From assembly GCA_965243625.1 (NCBI GenBank), contig CBDEVI010000002.1:321396-385395 (forward strand): DNA of 64,000 nucleotides, written 5' to 3'. Origin of the DNA: Chloroflexota bacterium. GTDB lineage: Bacteria > Chloroflexota > UBA11872. The translations under genes were made by a program, and so were the position numbers. The notes beneath the pieces are model-generated. The model saw only the letters and a list, made by a program, of their open reading frames with translations. It had not been told where the DNA came from and did not search any database. Of the stretch, positions 10,444-21,800 are shown piece by piece. Position 1 is the stretch's first letter; every line of letters starts with the position of its first letter.

Positions 10444-13400
10444 CTAGGCAGTCTTCTGACTAATGCACACCACCTGGGCTCGGGCTAGATCGCGGAACAT
10501 GTCTGCCGTGGAAGGTTGGCAGGTGAAGACTAGAATCTGATTTGTCCTCGATAGCTCTGCGAAAGCCTGGACGGTCATCCGGGATCGCCCTGGGTCAAAG
10601 TTGACGAGCGCCTCGTCGACCACGACCGGAAGGCCTTGAGCGTGTTCACCAAACTCCCGAATCAGGCCGAAGCGTAAAGCAAGATATAGCTGTTCTCTAG
10701 TTCCCCGGCTCAACTGTTGTGGATGCTTGTTCCCGCCCCGGGAGTCGGTCACCACAATCGTTTGCTCTCCAATGGGCGCAAAGAGACGCCTATATCGTTG
10801 ACCGGTGACACTCGAAAAAAACTCCTGAGCGTGACGGATAACGCTTGGCTGGCGTTCCTGTTCGAACTTTTGCCTTGTCCTTTCAAGAAGCGTCTCGGCA
10901 ATAGTGAGCTGGGACCACTCGCGCGCGTACTCTCGCAACTGCTCTAACAGGATGCTACGGCGAATGCGTAGAGCCGATGATTCCTCTTCGTCCGTCAGTT
11001 GCATCAGCGCGTTGTCGATGCCACCCCGTTCTTCTCGCAACGCGTTGCACCGGTCGTCTATTTCCGCTCGCTGCTCTGACAACCGAACAGACTCCCCGCT
11101 GAGCTGACTGGGGTCAGATCCTTCCAGGGACTTTCGAAAGGCTGCCAACCTTTCGAAGGGGCCGCAGAGACGCTCCAAGCTACGTAGGTGCTCGTCCCGC
11201 TGCCGTTCTAGCTGCACTCGTTCGAGGTGCTGTCGCGCCCGGCGGCGAAACTCCTCGGGATCGACCGTGCCGCCGGACACCAATAGAGTTGAGAGTTCCT
11301 GCTCCACCGCCTGCAAACGCTGCTCCTGCCGTTCCACTTGACGCCGGTAATCTTCTGCCGACTCTTTGGCCTGCTCCCGCCGGAAGCGCATTTCTAGCGC
11401 GTCGTCCAGTCTTTGAATGAGCTCGTCGGCCACGGCTGCCAGTTGCCGCTGGTCATCCGGATTTAGCTGCAGGTTGTGCGTCATGGCCAACGATTCCACC
11501 TGATTGCGGAACTCGGCGATGTCGCGCTCAATGGCCGCTACCCGTTCGCGCATCCGGCGGGCTTCGTTCAGTGAGACACGGGTCGCGTCGATGCGGGCCA
11601 GAAAGCTTGTCATCGTGTCTGCCGTCAATGATTCATCCAGGTCGCGCTCCCGCAGCCATTGCTGCCACTCCCGTTTAGCTTCCCGTGCGGAGACCTTGGC
11701 AGCTTCGTATTCCTTGGTCGCGGCTTCGACCAGCAGCTCTTGCGACTTCTCTCGACGGGATGTTTCTTCAACCCGGGCCCTTACACCCGTCCATGTGTTC
11801 AGCGCGGTTCGCGCCGATTCCAGATCCGCTTCTAACAACTCCAGCGCGGCAGTGTTCGGCTGATCTGTGTGGCCCAGAGCTGCTGTCAACTGCATCAGCG
11901 ATTGCAGACGTTTTTCTGCAGCCGCTTCCGCGTCGCTAGTCTGTCGCTCGAGCTCAGTGGTCATGGGTGCCGGAATAGCGATCGGGGACGCCCTTGCCGA
12001 CAAGTAAAGGATGGCCACCGTGGTCAGCAGAGCCAACCCGCTGGCGATGCCCAGGGGTAAAGCTCCTTCACCAAGTAACACCGCGACTACGATTAGGGCG
12101 GCACCGACCAGTCCCAGCAGAACAAGCAAGAGCGAATTGGGACTTTTGGCGGTCTGAGCAGCTAATTCTCGACTGCTCGCCAACGTGTTGAGCTGGCGCA
12201 GCAGGTTCTCGTGGTTCTGTCGCTCCCTCTCATATTCGTCGAGCTGCCCCCTGGCTGCACGCAAGGCATTGCTGCGCTCCGTCAGCGTGGCAGAGTCAAG
12301 CGGAGGGGGCTCTAGGGGCATGTCCTCTCGCGCTTGTTGCACTTCCGCTTGGTGGCTCTGCAGCACTCGCCGCTCTTGGTCAAACACGACTCTCGCTTGT
12401 TGGAAGCGTTCGCGACGCTCAGCTATCTGCTGCTTCAATCGGTCGGCCTGACTTCGGACGACTATTGACGTGTCCAGGGCCACTACGTCTCCTTCGTCCC
12501 ACCCATGGCCGACTTCTGCCAGCCCTTCCGATAGGTCGGCTTCGAGCCTCCGTAGCTCCGACTTCCGCTCCGGCAAGTCTCGGACGGAGCTATCGAAACT
12601 GCTTCGGGCGCGGCGAATACCCTCGACAATCCCCGCATCGTCTAAGAGGGCTTCGTCGTGAATGGCGACTGAGGCGGATTCCTTTGTTTGCTGGAGCTGA
12701 CTGCGCCCTTCTTCGAGGTCCTTCCTTGCTTGCCTAGCCTGGTCCTCGAAGCTTTCGAGGCGCGTAGCGGCGTTTTCCGGAAAATGCTCGAACCGAGGCA
12801 TGCCGCTGAGCCGCGATTCGCAATTGGTTAGCGCGACCCAGCTCTCCCAGCCGTCGAGAAGCTTGTCGATTTCGGACCGGCGAGAGTCTAGCCGCAGGAG
12901 TCTGTCTTTGGCGGATTCAAGTTCCTTGCCTATCTCAAGCCTGCGAACATTGAGTTGCCCGAATCGGTCCGCATTTCCCTCGACCGCCTTCAGTTGGCGG
13001 TCTACGTCCCTCAGTGCGTTCAGCAGCTTCGGCAAAGCCTGAAGGCTGCCCCTGCGCTTATAGATGCTGCCTTTCCGCTCGAGAAGTGACTTCTCAAGTC
13101 GGGCCATTCCGGGAACACCCTGGCCGGCGCTATAGATGCTGGAGCCCTGCAATGCGGCCGCCTCATTAAGTTCATCAAGACTAAAGGTGAAAACGGTCTT
13201 GAAGAACTCGGGTGTGGCGGGGCCTACCAACTGGCGCAATTGAGTCTCGGCGTTAGCCGTGGGACCAGTTGGGGCAGTGACCTGCAAGCCGCCACGCGCA
13301 CCGGAATACCGCTCAACAACGTATGACCCATTGACGTCGTCGGATAGTGTGATCCGGCCTCCGTGGCGCCCCCCAGTGAGTGGTGGGAAGTGGCTGTTGA

Positions 13401-13563
13401 ACCTAGTCGGGAAGCCGAAGAGAATTGCCCGAATGAATGCCAAGAGGGTGCTCTTGCCGGCCTCGTTCGGACCGTAGAGAACTGTGACCGATCCTTGCAT
13501 CGGCCCAATGGTCTTGTGGTGGAAGTGGCCAAATCCATCGACATACAACTCGTGTAGCCTCAT
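10444..13563 (-). CDS. yhaN: SbcC-like AAA ATPase with long coiled coil and an internal pair of TM helices (YhaN / COG4717-like).
   Basis: N-terminal Walker A GPNEAGKST. C-terminal signature/Walker B/D-loop (...VVVDEALVNFD...). Central hydrophobic LLLVLLGLVGAALIVVAVLLG...LALLTTVAILYL. 4-nt overlap with the upstream phosphoesterase gene. Confidence 0.7.
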   Translation of the reverse strand: MRLHELYVDGFGHFHHKTIGPMQGSVTVLYGPNEAGKSTLLAFIRAILFGFPTRFNSHFPPLTGGRHGGRITLSDDVNGSYVVERYSGARGGLQVTAPTGPTANAETQLRQLVGPATPEFFKTVFTFSLDELNEAAALQGSSIYSAGQGVPGMARLEKSLLERKGSIYKRRGSLQALPKLLNALRDVDRQLKAVEGNADRFGQLNVRRLEIGKELESAKDRLLRLDSRRSEIDKLLDGWESWVALTNCESRLSGMPRFEHFPENAATRLESFEDQARQARKDLEEGRSQLQQTKESASVAIHDEALLDDAGIVEGIRRARSSFDSSVRDLPERKSELRRLEADLSEGLAEVGHGWDEGDVVALDTSIVVRSQADRLKQQIAERRERFQQARVVFDQERRVLQSHQAEVQQAREDMPLEPPPLDSATLTERSNALRAARGQLDEYERERQNHENLLRQLNTLASSRELAAQTAKSPNSLLLVLLGLVGAALIVVAVLLGEGALPLGIASGLALLTTVAILYLSARASPIAIPAPMTTELERQTSDAEAAAEKRLQSLMQLTAALGHTDQPNTAALELLEADLESARTALNTWTGVRARVEETSRREKSQELLVEAATKEYEAAKVSAREAKREWQQWLRERDLDESLTADTMTSFLARIDATRVSLNEARRMRERVAAIERDIAEFRNQVESLAMTHNLQLNPDDQRQLAAVADELIQRLDDALEMRFRREQAKESAEDYRRQVERQEQRLQAVEQELSTLLVSGGTVDPEEFRRRARQHLERVQLERQRDEHLRSLERLCGPFERLAAFRKSLEGSDPSQLSGESVRLSEQRAEIDDRCNALREERGGIDNALMQLTDEEESSALRIRRSILLEQLREYAREWSQLTIAETLLERTRQKFEQERQPSVIRHAQEFFSSVTGQRYRRLFAPIGEQTIVVTDSRGGNKHPQQLSRGTREQLYLALRFGLIREFGEHAQGLPVVVDEALVNFDPGRSRMTVQAFAELSRTNQILVFTCQPSTADMFRDLARAQVVCISQKTA

Positions 13564-14870
13564 GCCTCATCCTCGTCGTCCACCAGAGCAGCGAGGCATT
13601 CGTCCTCAGCGGCAGCAAGCAGGTTTCGGAGTTCGCCGTCCGACGGCAATAGTTCCCTCAGGTACGGACTGGCGTTCGACTTGAGATACAACTCCCGCAG
13701 CAACTCCCTTAGCTCGGCTAAGGCGCTAGGGCTCGCCTGCATTTCGCTTGCAAGCCGAACGAGGTCGCCGGTGAAGTCTTCTTGCCGGGTCACCAGTTCT
13801 CGGTCTACCGACGATGCGGTACCTACTTGAATCCGCTCACACCACAGCCAGGGCTCGACACTTGCGTGAAGTTCGTTGAGTTGCTCAATGATGGCGTTCA
13901 CGTTCTCCGGCTGGCGCAGGAATCGGTGCATTGGTCCGCGACCTGTCAGTCTTAGCCGGAGAACAACTGAGTGACCCGCGGCCGCCTGAATCGCGGCATT
14001 GGTCAACTCGTCAATAGCGTCCAATACCTGATGCTCTGTGTCCAACCCAGAAATATCTGATTCCCGGGTGTCCCAACGGACGACATCCGTAGTGCGGAAT
14101 TCCAGTCGTGTCACGCGGTCTTGGTCGATCTCCACAAGGTATACACCGTGCGCACCTCGCTCGTTGGCGTGACGACCCTGAGGGTTCCCGGGGTAGACGA
14201 CAGCTGGATTCGTTTGCCTCAGTACCTGCCGAGTGTGGACGTGGCCCAATGCCCAATAGTCGATGTCGGTGCCTGTGAGGTCGTCAACGGAGCAAGGCGA
14301 GTAGGAATCGTGGTTGGGGTTTCCGCCGACGTTTGCGTGTAGCAAGCCAATGTTGAGGCCGTCGCCCCGCTTGGCCCCGCGAAAGAGCGGCGAAAGGTCT
14401 TGGCGCACCTCTCGCCGAGGGAAGCTGATCCCGTACACCATCGCTCGTTCCGGATCTTCAGAAAATACAGGTGCACCTGTCATCTCCGAGCCGAAGCGAA
14501 CGCACCCCGTCGGTAGTGCCAACTGTGCTTCCCAACCATCTAACGGGTCGTGGTTCCCGTGGCAGATGAAGGAACGGATCCCGGCCGCGTCCAGTTGCCG
14601 CAGACCCGCAACGAATCTCAACTGTGCACGCAGGCTGCGGTCCGCTCCGTCATAGATATCGCCCGCTATCAGCAGCGCGTCGACTTGCTCGCGAATGCAC
14701 AGACCTACGATGTTCTCGTAGGCGGCAAAGGTTGCACGGTGCAGCGTTTCACTGACAAGTTCGGGTGCTTCGCTTCGAAGGCCGAGGAGTGGGCTGTCTA
14801 GATGCAAGTCTGCGGCGTGTACGAAGCGAATCCCTGGCATACCTATCAACTCGAACGCTCCGGCCCGCAC
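13560..14870 (-). CDS. yhaO: SbcD/Mre11-like calcineurin-type metallophosphoesterase (YhaO-like).
   Basis: Motifs FVHAADLHLD, GDIYD, GNHD, GHVH. Operonic with the SbcC-like ATPase. Confidence 0.75.
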   Translation of the reverse strand: MRAGAFELIGMPGIRFVHAADLHLDSPLLGLRSEAPELVSETLHRATFAAYENIVGLCIREQVDALLIAGDIYDGADRSLRAQLRFVAGLRQLDAAGIRSFICHGNHDPLDGWEAQLALPTGCVRFGSEMTGAPVFSEDPERAMVYGISFPRREVRQDLSPLFRGAKRGDGLNIGLLHANVGGNPNHDSYSPCSVDDLTGTDIDYWALGHVHTRQVLRQTNPAVVYPGNPQGRHANERGAHGVYLVEIDQDRVTRLEFRTTDVVRWDTRESDISGLDTEHQVLDAIDELTNAAIQAAAGHSVVLRLRLTGRGPMHRFLRQPENVNAIIEQLNELHASVEPWLWCERIQVGTASSVDRELVTRQEDFTGDLVRLASEMQASPSALAELRELLRELYLKSNASPYLRELLPSDGELRNLLAAAEDECLAALVDDEDEA

Positions 14871-15152
14871 AGATTACCCGGAGAGAGGGCTGCTTGACGG
14901 GCATGAGGCGTGCAGCTTTCCCTCTCGGCTAGAAATACCGTCCAGGTCGTCCCCGTGGGCTGCACGGCCACGTCCAGCTGGGCCTTCGCCACATCGATCC
15001 CCACCGTCACGTTCGCTGGTGCCGCCATTGGTACCCTCCGGCAACGCTAGCGACGCGTCCTGCCTTGCCGATGCGGGCTCGTGCTCACGGCCCGGCAACT
15101 GTTCGCTCTCCGGGCCAGCCTGCGGGCGGGACGACCCTGCTGTGTAGCGGTC

Positions 15153-15374
15153 TCATACGACCAAGATGTGATCGGTCTGTCCCGGCCCGTTCCCTGTGAC
15201 CTTGGACAATCCAAGGCGCCGGGAACATACAAGGTGTGAGACAGGGCTGACGGGTGGGAGGCCGCCCAACGAGCCGTGGGAACGCCGCCGGTTGAAGCAC
15301 CGCAGCCAGCCGACGAGCGCCCGCGTGCGGTGCGCGCTGGTGGGGAAGGTGAAGGCATGCGCCCACGTGCGCAA
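15153..15374 (-). pseudogene. IS3/IS481-family transposase (rve integrase core), C-terminal remnant.
   Basis: ...WLRCFNRRRSHGSLGGLPPVS... matches the conserved Y/F-N-x-x-R-P-H-x-x-L-G-G-x-x-P tail of rve-domain transposases. Upstream frames are degenerate. Confidence 0.45.
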
Positions 15375-16096
15375 CAGGACTAGGACAAAGCGTTCAGACT
15401 CGTCGTAGGTGCGGGGTGTGTAGTGTCGGGTGCGCCGGTGCCGTAGGCCGCGTGCCGTGCAGCGCCGGCACGCAACTCGCCAGGTGCATCGTCAAGAGAT
15501 CACAATGCTGGCAAAGGACCCTTCGTTCGGTGGTCACAGGCTGGATCGTCAGTCTGGGTCCTGTCTGGGCACTTGCGGCGCCTATGGGTGGCTGATCTTG
15601 GGCAAGAGGCCCGGCCACGCTGGATGTTTGACCTCTGGCAAGTTTCTCGGCAGGACGCCGATGGCACACGATCGTGCGCAGAGCCTTCACGAGGCACTCT
15701 GTAGCTGTGGGGCGGTCGTGGTGTGCGCCACAAACTGAGGAGGTCCAGCCCAGGCCGTCACGAGCAACAGTGGATAGAAGAATCGTCCGGCAACACCCGA
15801 GACGCTAGGAGCATTGGCGTCGTGCGGCTTTCAGTTGCGCCCTTGCCTCCGCTCGAAGTGACGGTCCTCCGGTGCCTCCGCCATCCGCCCTGCCTAGGCT
15901 CTCTAGGACCGAAACTCGGGCGTTTTGCTCGGCCTGTCCACTCAGAAGAGATCCAATAGCAATCATCTCGCACGCACTGTCCGCTGACGACGAAGCGTGA
16001 GTAGCGACCGGCGGCCAGCAGAGATGGTCCGATCAGTCAGAGAACTACGGAAACCTTGCTAGCCATCGCCACGGTAGGTTCGTTGAATGGACAAGG

Positions 16097-16600
16097 GTGT
16101 CCAGTCGATCAAACTCTTTCGTCGAAGGGCGCGAACCATTGGCGTCCGCGCTTGGACACACCGCAGGGTCAGGCCCCGGGCGCCGGCCTCGGGCAGACTG
16201 GGAACGACGAGTGGAGCACGCGATTCGCCACCTGCGGAGCGCTTGGGATCTCCAGGACAACTCCCTTTGCCGGATTGCCGCAGTGCAGGAACGCGCATCT
16301 CACGTCTACCGCGGGCGACCGGGCGCTGAAGCGCTGGCCCTCCGCGATCTAGTCGAGGAGGCGGTCAGTCTGGCCCGCGATCTTCTAGCGACCCCATACG
16401 AGACATTTCTTCGCCGTTGGGTGGCGACGGGCAATATCGCGGCCGTGGCGCGCGAGATGGGCAAGGACCGCTCGCACTTGTCGCGGGACTATCGACCCAG
16501 GGTTGTCATGGTGGTGACCGACGTGTTCATGAGTCTCACGGGCAATGGTGACCGCGGGAGCCGCAAGACGCGCCGGAGCCGGGCGCATCGCGTCCGATAG
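16097..16600 (+). CDS. Small HTH protein (copy 2 of the duplicated unit). The true start is probably internal.
   Basis: Paralogue of the 4611-5066 ORF. Sits in the same position upstream of structured repeat copy C. Confidence 0.4.
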   Translation: MSSRSNSFVEGREPLASALGHTAGSGPGRRPRADWERRVEHAIRHLRSAWDLQDNSLCRIAAVQERASHVYRGRPGAEALALRDLVEEAVSLARDLLATPYETFLRRWVATGNIAAVAREMGKDRSHLSRDYRPRVVMVVTDVFMSLTGNGDRGSRKTRRSRAHRVR

Positions 16601-16867
16601 GGTCTGTCGCCGGACTGAAATCGCCCGCGTTGCCCAGAAGCGGTCGGCCCTGACTGCGCCCCGATAACTCGATCAGCGACTCGGCCGCGCCTCAGTGAGC
16701 CGCTGCAGATCGCCCCATGAACTGTGCACGCCGCCTCCGGAGCCATTTCTGCTACAGCCGCAGTGCGAGACCTCGGTTGGAGCAGTGCTTCGGCGGCGGA
16801 GGACGAGTCGCCCCGTAGGCGCCCTCCGTAGGAACGTGGCTCGCGAATAAGAGTACAATTGGGGGCG

Positions 16868-17030
16868 TATTGGACGCAGATTTCACAAAAGAGCGACAGC
16901 AAGCCTTCAGGGCTAGCGCGACCGGGAAATCGGTGTCGCAAACCTGTTAGAGCGCGAATCTCGGCGAGTTTCGGACTTTGCGTGCTTCCAAGCTGGATGT
17001 CGCGGGTTCGAGCCCCGTCCCCCGCTCCTA
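16868..17030 (+). repeat. Structured repeat copy C, the most complete copy. 5' GGGGGCG..., with a 3' tRNA-like T-arm GCGGGTTCGAGCCCCGT followed by CCCCCGCTCC.
   Basis: Sequence identity to copies A and B. T-loop-like TTCGAGC flanked by a 5-bp stem. 5' and 3' ends can pair as an acceptor-like stem (GGGGCG / CGCUCC with G-U). Confidence 0.5.
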
Positions 17031-17338
17031 ACGGAAGTGGATTGGCGAAATCGGCCAGGCTGCGGCGCTTCGCGATGGCTTGGCGGCTCCGTGCCGGGCT
17101 ACTCAGGTGTCTGGGAGTCGCAGTACCTGTTCAGCGCCCGCTGCGACGGCTAATCGCGTGTCCGGTCTGTGCTAAAAGTGGTTTCGGCGACCTCAATTGA
17201 GGTTGCCCTGACGGTGAAACTCCGACGTTTCCGCAGAACACGCCGGCTCGTCTACGCCAACGCGGCGCTGGCGATCTGGTTCGTCCATAGCTGAATCCGC
17301 CTGTTGATCCTGGCGTCCATGATCGCTCTAGCAGGAGG

Positions 17339-18271
17339 GTGCGTACGGTGAAAGGACCTTTGGCAGCCGTCTGGGAGATTCCAGAGCCGCTGTCGGTTCA
17401 TCCCGTCCAGGTGGACGACGACACCGTGATCATGCTGCGACGCCACGGAAACCCAGAGGGCCCCAGGCTCGTGCTGAGCCACGGCAACGGCCTTGCCATT
17501 GACCTCTACTATGCGTTTTGGTCGCTTCTGAGCCGCGATTTCGACTTATTTGTCCACGACTTGCGGAATCACGGTTGGAACAACGTCGGCGACCAGGCGG
17601 ACCACTGCGTCGGCACATTTGCACGAGACCACGACCGCATTCGTGAGGCGATCGGCCGTCGCTATGGCGAGAAACCGACCGTTGGCGTGTTTCACTCCAT
17701 TTCAGCCCTGGCGTGCCTTCATGCGCCGTCGCGGGGAGACGGCTACTCGGCCGTGGTGCTTTTCGCCCCGCCCCTCTGCAACCGTGGCTCCAAGTACCGG
17801 GCGTTCGAATCGCGGGCCAAGGGCACAGCCGACATGCTCAGGCGCAGGACACAATGGTTCCGGTCCAGGGAAGAGCTGGCGGAGCTTCATACCTATTTGC
17901 CCTATTTTCAGCGGGCCGTTCCGGGAGTCTTCGAGCTTGTGGCCAGAACGACCCTCAAGGCGTCGGCGACCGGCCGGGGGTTCGAGCTCCGGTGTCCCGC
18001 CGAGTTCGAGGCGCAGATCTGGGACCATGCCTCGACGTATGCGGTGACCGTCGATTTCGGCGCCATGAGGTGTCCCGTCAAGACCGTAGCCGCAGACCCC
18101 GCGCAGGACCCGAGCGCCCCGTCGTTCGACTACGGGGACGCGGACGTCGACCATGAGTTCATTCCCGACACGACGCACTTCTTGCAACTCGAAAAACCGC
18201 AGGAGTGCGCGGTGGCCGTGCGGCGGTTTCTGACGCAGGTGGGGGGCCTGGAGAATCCATTGTTCCCGTGA
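17339..18271 (+). CDS. Alpha/beta-fold hydrolase.
   Basis: HGNG...D...H arrangement and length typical of alpha/beta hydrolases. Coding-like GC3. Confidence 0.65.
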   Translation: MRTVKGPLAAVWEIPEPLSVHPVQVDDDTVIMLRRHGNPEGPRLVLSHGNGLAIDLYYAFWSLLSRDFDLFVHDLRNHGWNNVGDQADHCVGTFARDHDRIREAIGRRYGEKPTVGVFHSISALACLHAPSRGDGYSAVVLFAPPLCNRGSKYRAFESRAKGTADMLRRRTQWFRSREELAELHTYLPYFQRAVPGVFELVARTTLKASATGRGFELRCPAEFEAQIWDHASTYAVTVDFGAMRCPVKTVAADPAQDPSAPSFDYGDADVDHEFIPDTTHFLQLEKPQECAVAVRRFLTQVGGLENPLFP

Positions 18272-18833
18272 GAGCCACTTCCCGCACTTCGTAGCTACGG
18301 ACGCCCTATGACCGAGGAAGGAACCCCGGAATTGAATTGCCTACTCCGACGCAACCCACAGGTCATTTGGGCGCATGGCCTCAGCAAATGCGGACGTCTC
18401 GCCCGGCAAACGGAAGTACTCGCCGTTCAATTGACGCTAATCGGCGTGCAACCGGACGCGTCAAGCCGGATGAGTTGCCCAGGTGCGTCCGCTGCCGGGC
18501 ACGGGACGACGACCAATCGGCCGTTGCCGCGGCTCGGACGACTGCACCGCGTCGACCGCGAACCGGACCAAGACTTACCGAGAAAGCGCCGACAATCCGG
18601 CAAGGTTGACGTGGTCCGAATGCTCGGCCCCAGTCTCTTGAGGTCACATGCACTCGCCGGCGCGGATATGAGCCTCCTCCGAGGGAACACCTGGCCGAAT
18701 GGAAAGACCGGCTCGGTGGCGCAACAGCCTGCTACGATCGCGCGCCGTGGAGGCGCCGCCCGCGGCGCATGCATCGCGGACAGTTCCCTGAAAGTCGACG
18801 AGTGCTGGCGAACGCTCGGATGAACACCGCAGA

Positions 18834-21800
18834 GTGACCTCCATGCGCGCACGTCTGAACCTGGCGGCGATCATTGCCGCCGTCGCTCTTGTGGCGATGG
18901 TGTTGGCGGCTTGCGGCGACGAAGTTCCACCCGCCCCGGAGCCGACGCCGACGGCCATCGCCACGCCCGTGGCCGTCGCACCAACGCCGACGCCAGAACC
19001 GACGCCCACGGCGGTCGTCACGCGCGAGGCCGTCGCGCCCACGGCCACGCCAACGCCGGTTCCCGCCACGCCGACCCCGATCCCACAGCCCACGGCCACG
19101 CCGACGCCGGAACCCACGCCGACACCGGCCCCGCAGCCCACGCCGACTCCAACACCTGAACCAACGGCCACGCCGACGCCAGAACCCACACCAACACCGA
19201 CGCCGGAGCCCACGCCGACCCCGACGCCCGAACCGACACCCACGCCCACGCCGGAGCCCACGCCAACTCCCGAACCGACGCCCGCGGTTGCCCTGCCATC
19301 CGACCCCGACGCGCCGCTGGCCTTCGATCCCAGCGTGGTGCGGGGCACCTTGAGCAACGGCCTCGTCTACTACATTCGGCACAACGAGGAGCCGCGCGAT
19401 CGGGCGCACCTATCGCTGATCGTGAAGGCCGGCTCGATCCTTGAAGAAGAAGATCAGCGCGGGCTGGCGCACTTCGTCGAGCACATGGCGTTCAACGGCA
19501 CCGAGCGTTTCGCCAAGCAGGAAATCGTCGAATACCTGGAGTCCATCGGCAGCAACTTTGGCCCTGACGTGAACGCGTCAACGGGATTCGACGTCACCCG
19601 CTATTTCGTCGAGATTCCGACCGACGATCCGGAGATTCTGGAGAAGGCGTTTCAGATTCTCAGCGAGTGGGCCTTCGCCATCGCGTTCGCGCCGGACGAA
19701 GTGGAGCTCGAGCGCGGCGTGATCCTGGAAGAGTGGCGCTTGTTTCGGGGGTTCGGCGCGCGGTTCCAGAACAACTGGTTTCCGCTGATCTTCGGCGACT
19801 CTCGCTACAACGAGCGGGACCCGATCGGCCTGCCGGAAGTCTTCGAAAACGCTCCTCCACAGCGGCTGGTGGACTTCTACCAGACGTGGTATCGGCCTGA
19901 CCTGATGGCCGTCATCGCCGTGGGCGACTTCGACACCGAGGCGATTGAAGCCAAGGTGCGGCAATACTTTGCTCCGCCGCCGGAGGGCGAGGCGGGCCAG
20001 GCGGCCGCCGCCATCGGACCGCCGACCGATCGGCCGCGCTATGGCGTGCCCGAGCACGACGAGCCGCGGGTGAATGTGTTCAGCGACCCCGAGGCGCCCG
20101 GCACCCAGATGTTCCTGGTGCGAAAGCTCCCACCCGAGTCGGGCGACGACCTGGCGGCGCTGCGGCGCATCGTGGTGGAGCGCCTGGCGTTCATGATGCT
20201 CAATGCCCGGCTATTCGAACGCGGACAGGTTGATGATCCTCCATATCTAGGGGCCAATGCCCTGCGGGGAGGATTCATCCAGCCGGTGGACCTGGTGCAG
20301 TTCGCGGCCTGGGTGGAGCAGGACGGCGTCGAGGCCGGGTTCGCGGCGCTGCTCGAGGAGACGCAGCGCGCACGACAGCACGGGTTTACCGAGAGCGAAT
20401 TGTCGCGCGAGAAGTCCAACCTGCTGAGCGAAATTGAGCGTGTCTACAAAGAGCGGGATCAGCGGGAGTCGGTCAATCTCTCGCAGGAATACGCGGACCA
20501 CTTTTTGAACGGGACTCCGGTTCCCGGCATCGAGGTTGAGTGGGCCTTCTACCAGGCGCTGCTGCCCGAAATTTCGCTGGCGGATGTCGACGCCGTGGCC
20601 GCGACCTGGAGCGAGCCCGGAGATACGGTGCTCCTGGTGATGCGACCCGAAGGCAGCGGCGACAAGTCGGACGAGGACTTGGAAACCGAGCTGCAGGCAA
20701 AACTCGCCGCAGCCGACACGCTGGAGGTCGAGCCCTACGAGGACGAGGTGGCCGACGTGCCGCTCATGGCCACCATCCCGACGCCGGGCAGCATCACCGC
20801 TGAAGAAGCCATCGAGTCCATCGACGCCGTCAAGTGGACGCTGTCCAACGGGATCACCGTGATCGCCAAGCAGACCGACTTCAAGAATGACGAAATTGTG
20901 TTTAGCGCCTTCAGTCCGGGCGGACACTCGCTGGTGGACGACGCCGACCACGTCTCCGCAACCTACGCCGCGCAACTGGCCAGCGGGAGCGGCGTAGGTC
21001 CGCACGACAACGTAGCCCTGGACAAGCTGCTCGCCGGCAAGCGGGTCTCGGTGTCGCCCTACATCAGCGAGCTATACGAGGGCTTCAATGGCAGCTCGTC
21101 GCCGGAAGACATCGAAACGCTGTTTCAGCTGATCAATCTCTATGCCACCGCGCCCAGGCTGGACCCGGTGTACTTTTCGAACTTCGAGACCAGCCTGCGG
21201 ACTACCGCCGAGACGCGCGCCGACCAACCGGACGCGGTGTTCTCCGACACCCTGAACACGGCGTTTAGTCAGAATCATTTCCGCCGGCGGCCACTCACGC
21301 TCGAGTTGCTGGACGAGCTCAGCCTGGAACGCGCCGAAGCTGTCTACGCCGACCGGTTCGCGGACCTGGGTGACGCCACCTTCGTGTTCGTTGGCGCCTT
21401 TGACTGGGACACCCTGCGATCGCTGACGGAGTCCTACCTGGCCAGTCTGCCGACCACCGGGCGCGTCGAGCAGTGGCGCGATGTGGGGGTCGAGCGACCG
21501 TCCGGGCTGGAGGAGCACGTTGTCCGCATCGGCATCGAACCTCGGAGCCGGACGGCGGTGGTGTTCGCCGGCGACATGGAATGGAGCCGTCAGGAGGCGC
21601 TCACGCTCACGTTGGTAGGCGAGATGCTCCAAATCCGTCTGCGCGAGAGTTTGCGAGAGGCGCTCGGCGGCACCTACAGCGTCGGCGCCATCACCAGGGC
21701 CACCCGGTTTCCGGAACCCGAGTTCTTGTTCTATGTGATCTTCGGCAGCGACCCCGCGCGGGCGGACGAGCTCTTTGACGCAATCTTCGAGGAAATCGCC

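Noticed and set aside
14874-16000. Numerous 60-100-aa ORFs on both strands
   Set aside because: Arg/Pro/Ala-rich, overlapping, and without motifs, except for the rve-tail remnant at 15153-15374, which is recorded as a pseudogene. Interpreted as decayed IS DNA.
18950-19300. Short direct DNA repeats that could be mistaken for a CRISPR array
   Set aside because: The repeats are contiguous 12-24-bp codon-level reiterations encoding PTPEPTPT within a CDS. There are no unique spacers.
18644-19409. Long minus-strand ORFs (237 and 225 aa) and Gly/Val/Arg-rich frames opposite the peptidase linker
   Set aside because: They are antisense products of the (CCGACGCCNGAACC)n Thr/Pro-linker DNA of the M16 peptidase. 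They are low-complexity and have no start context.
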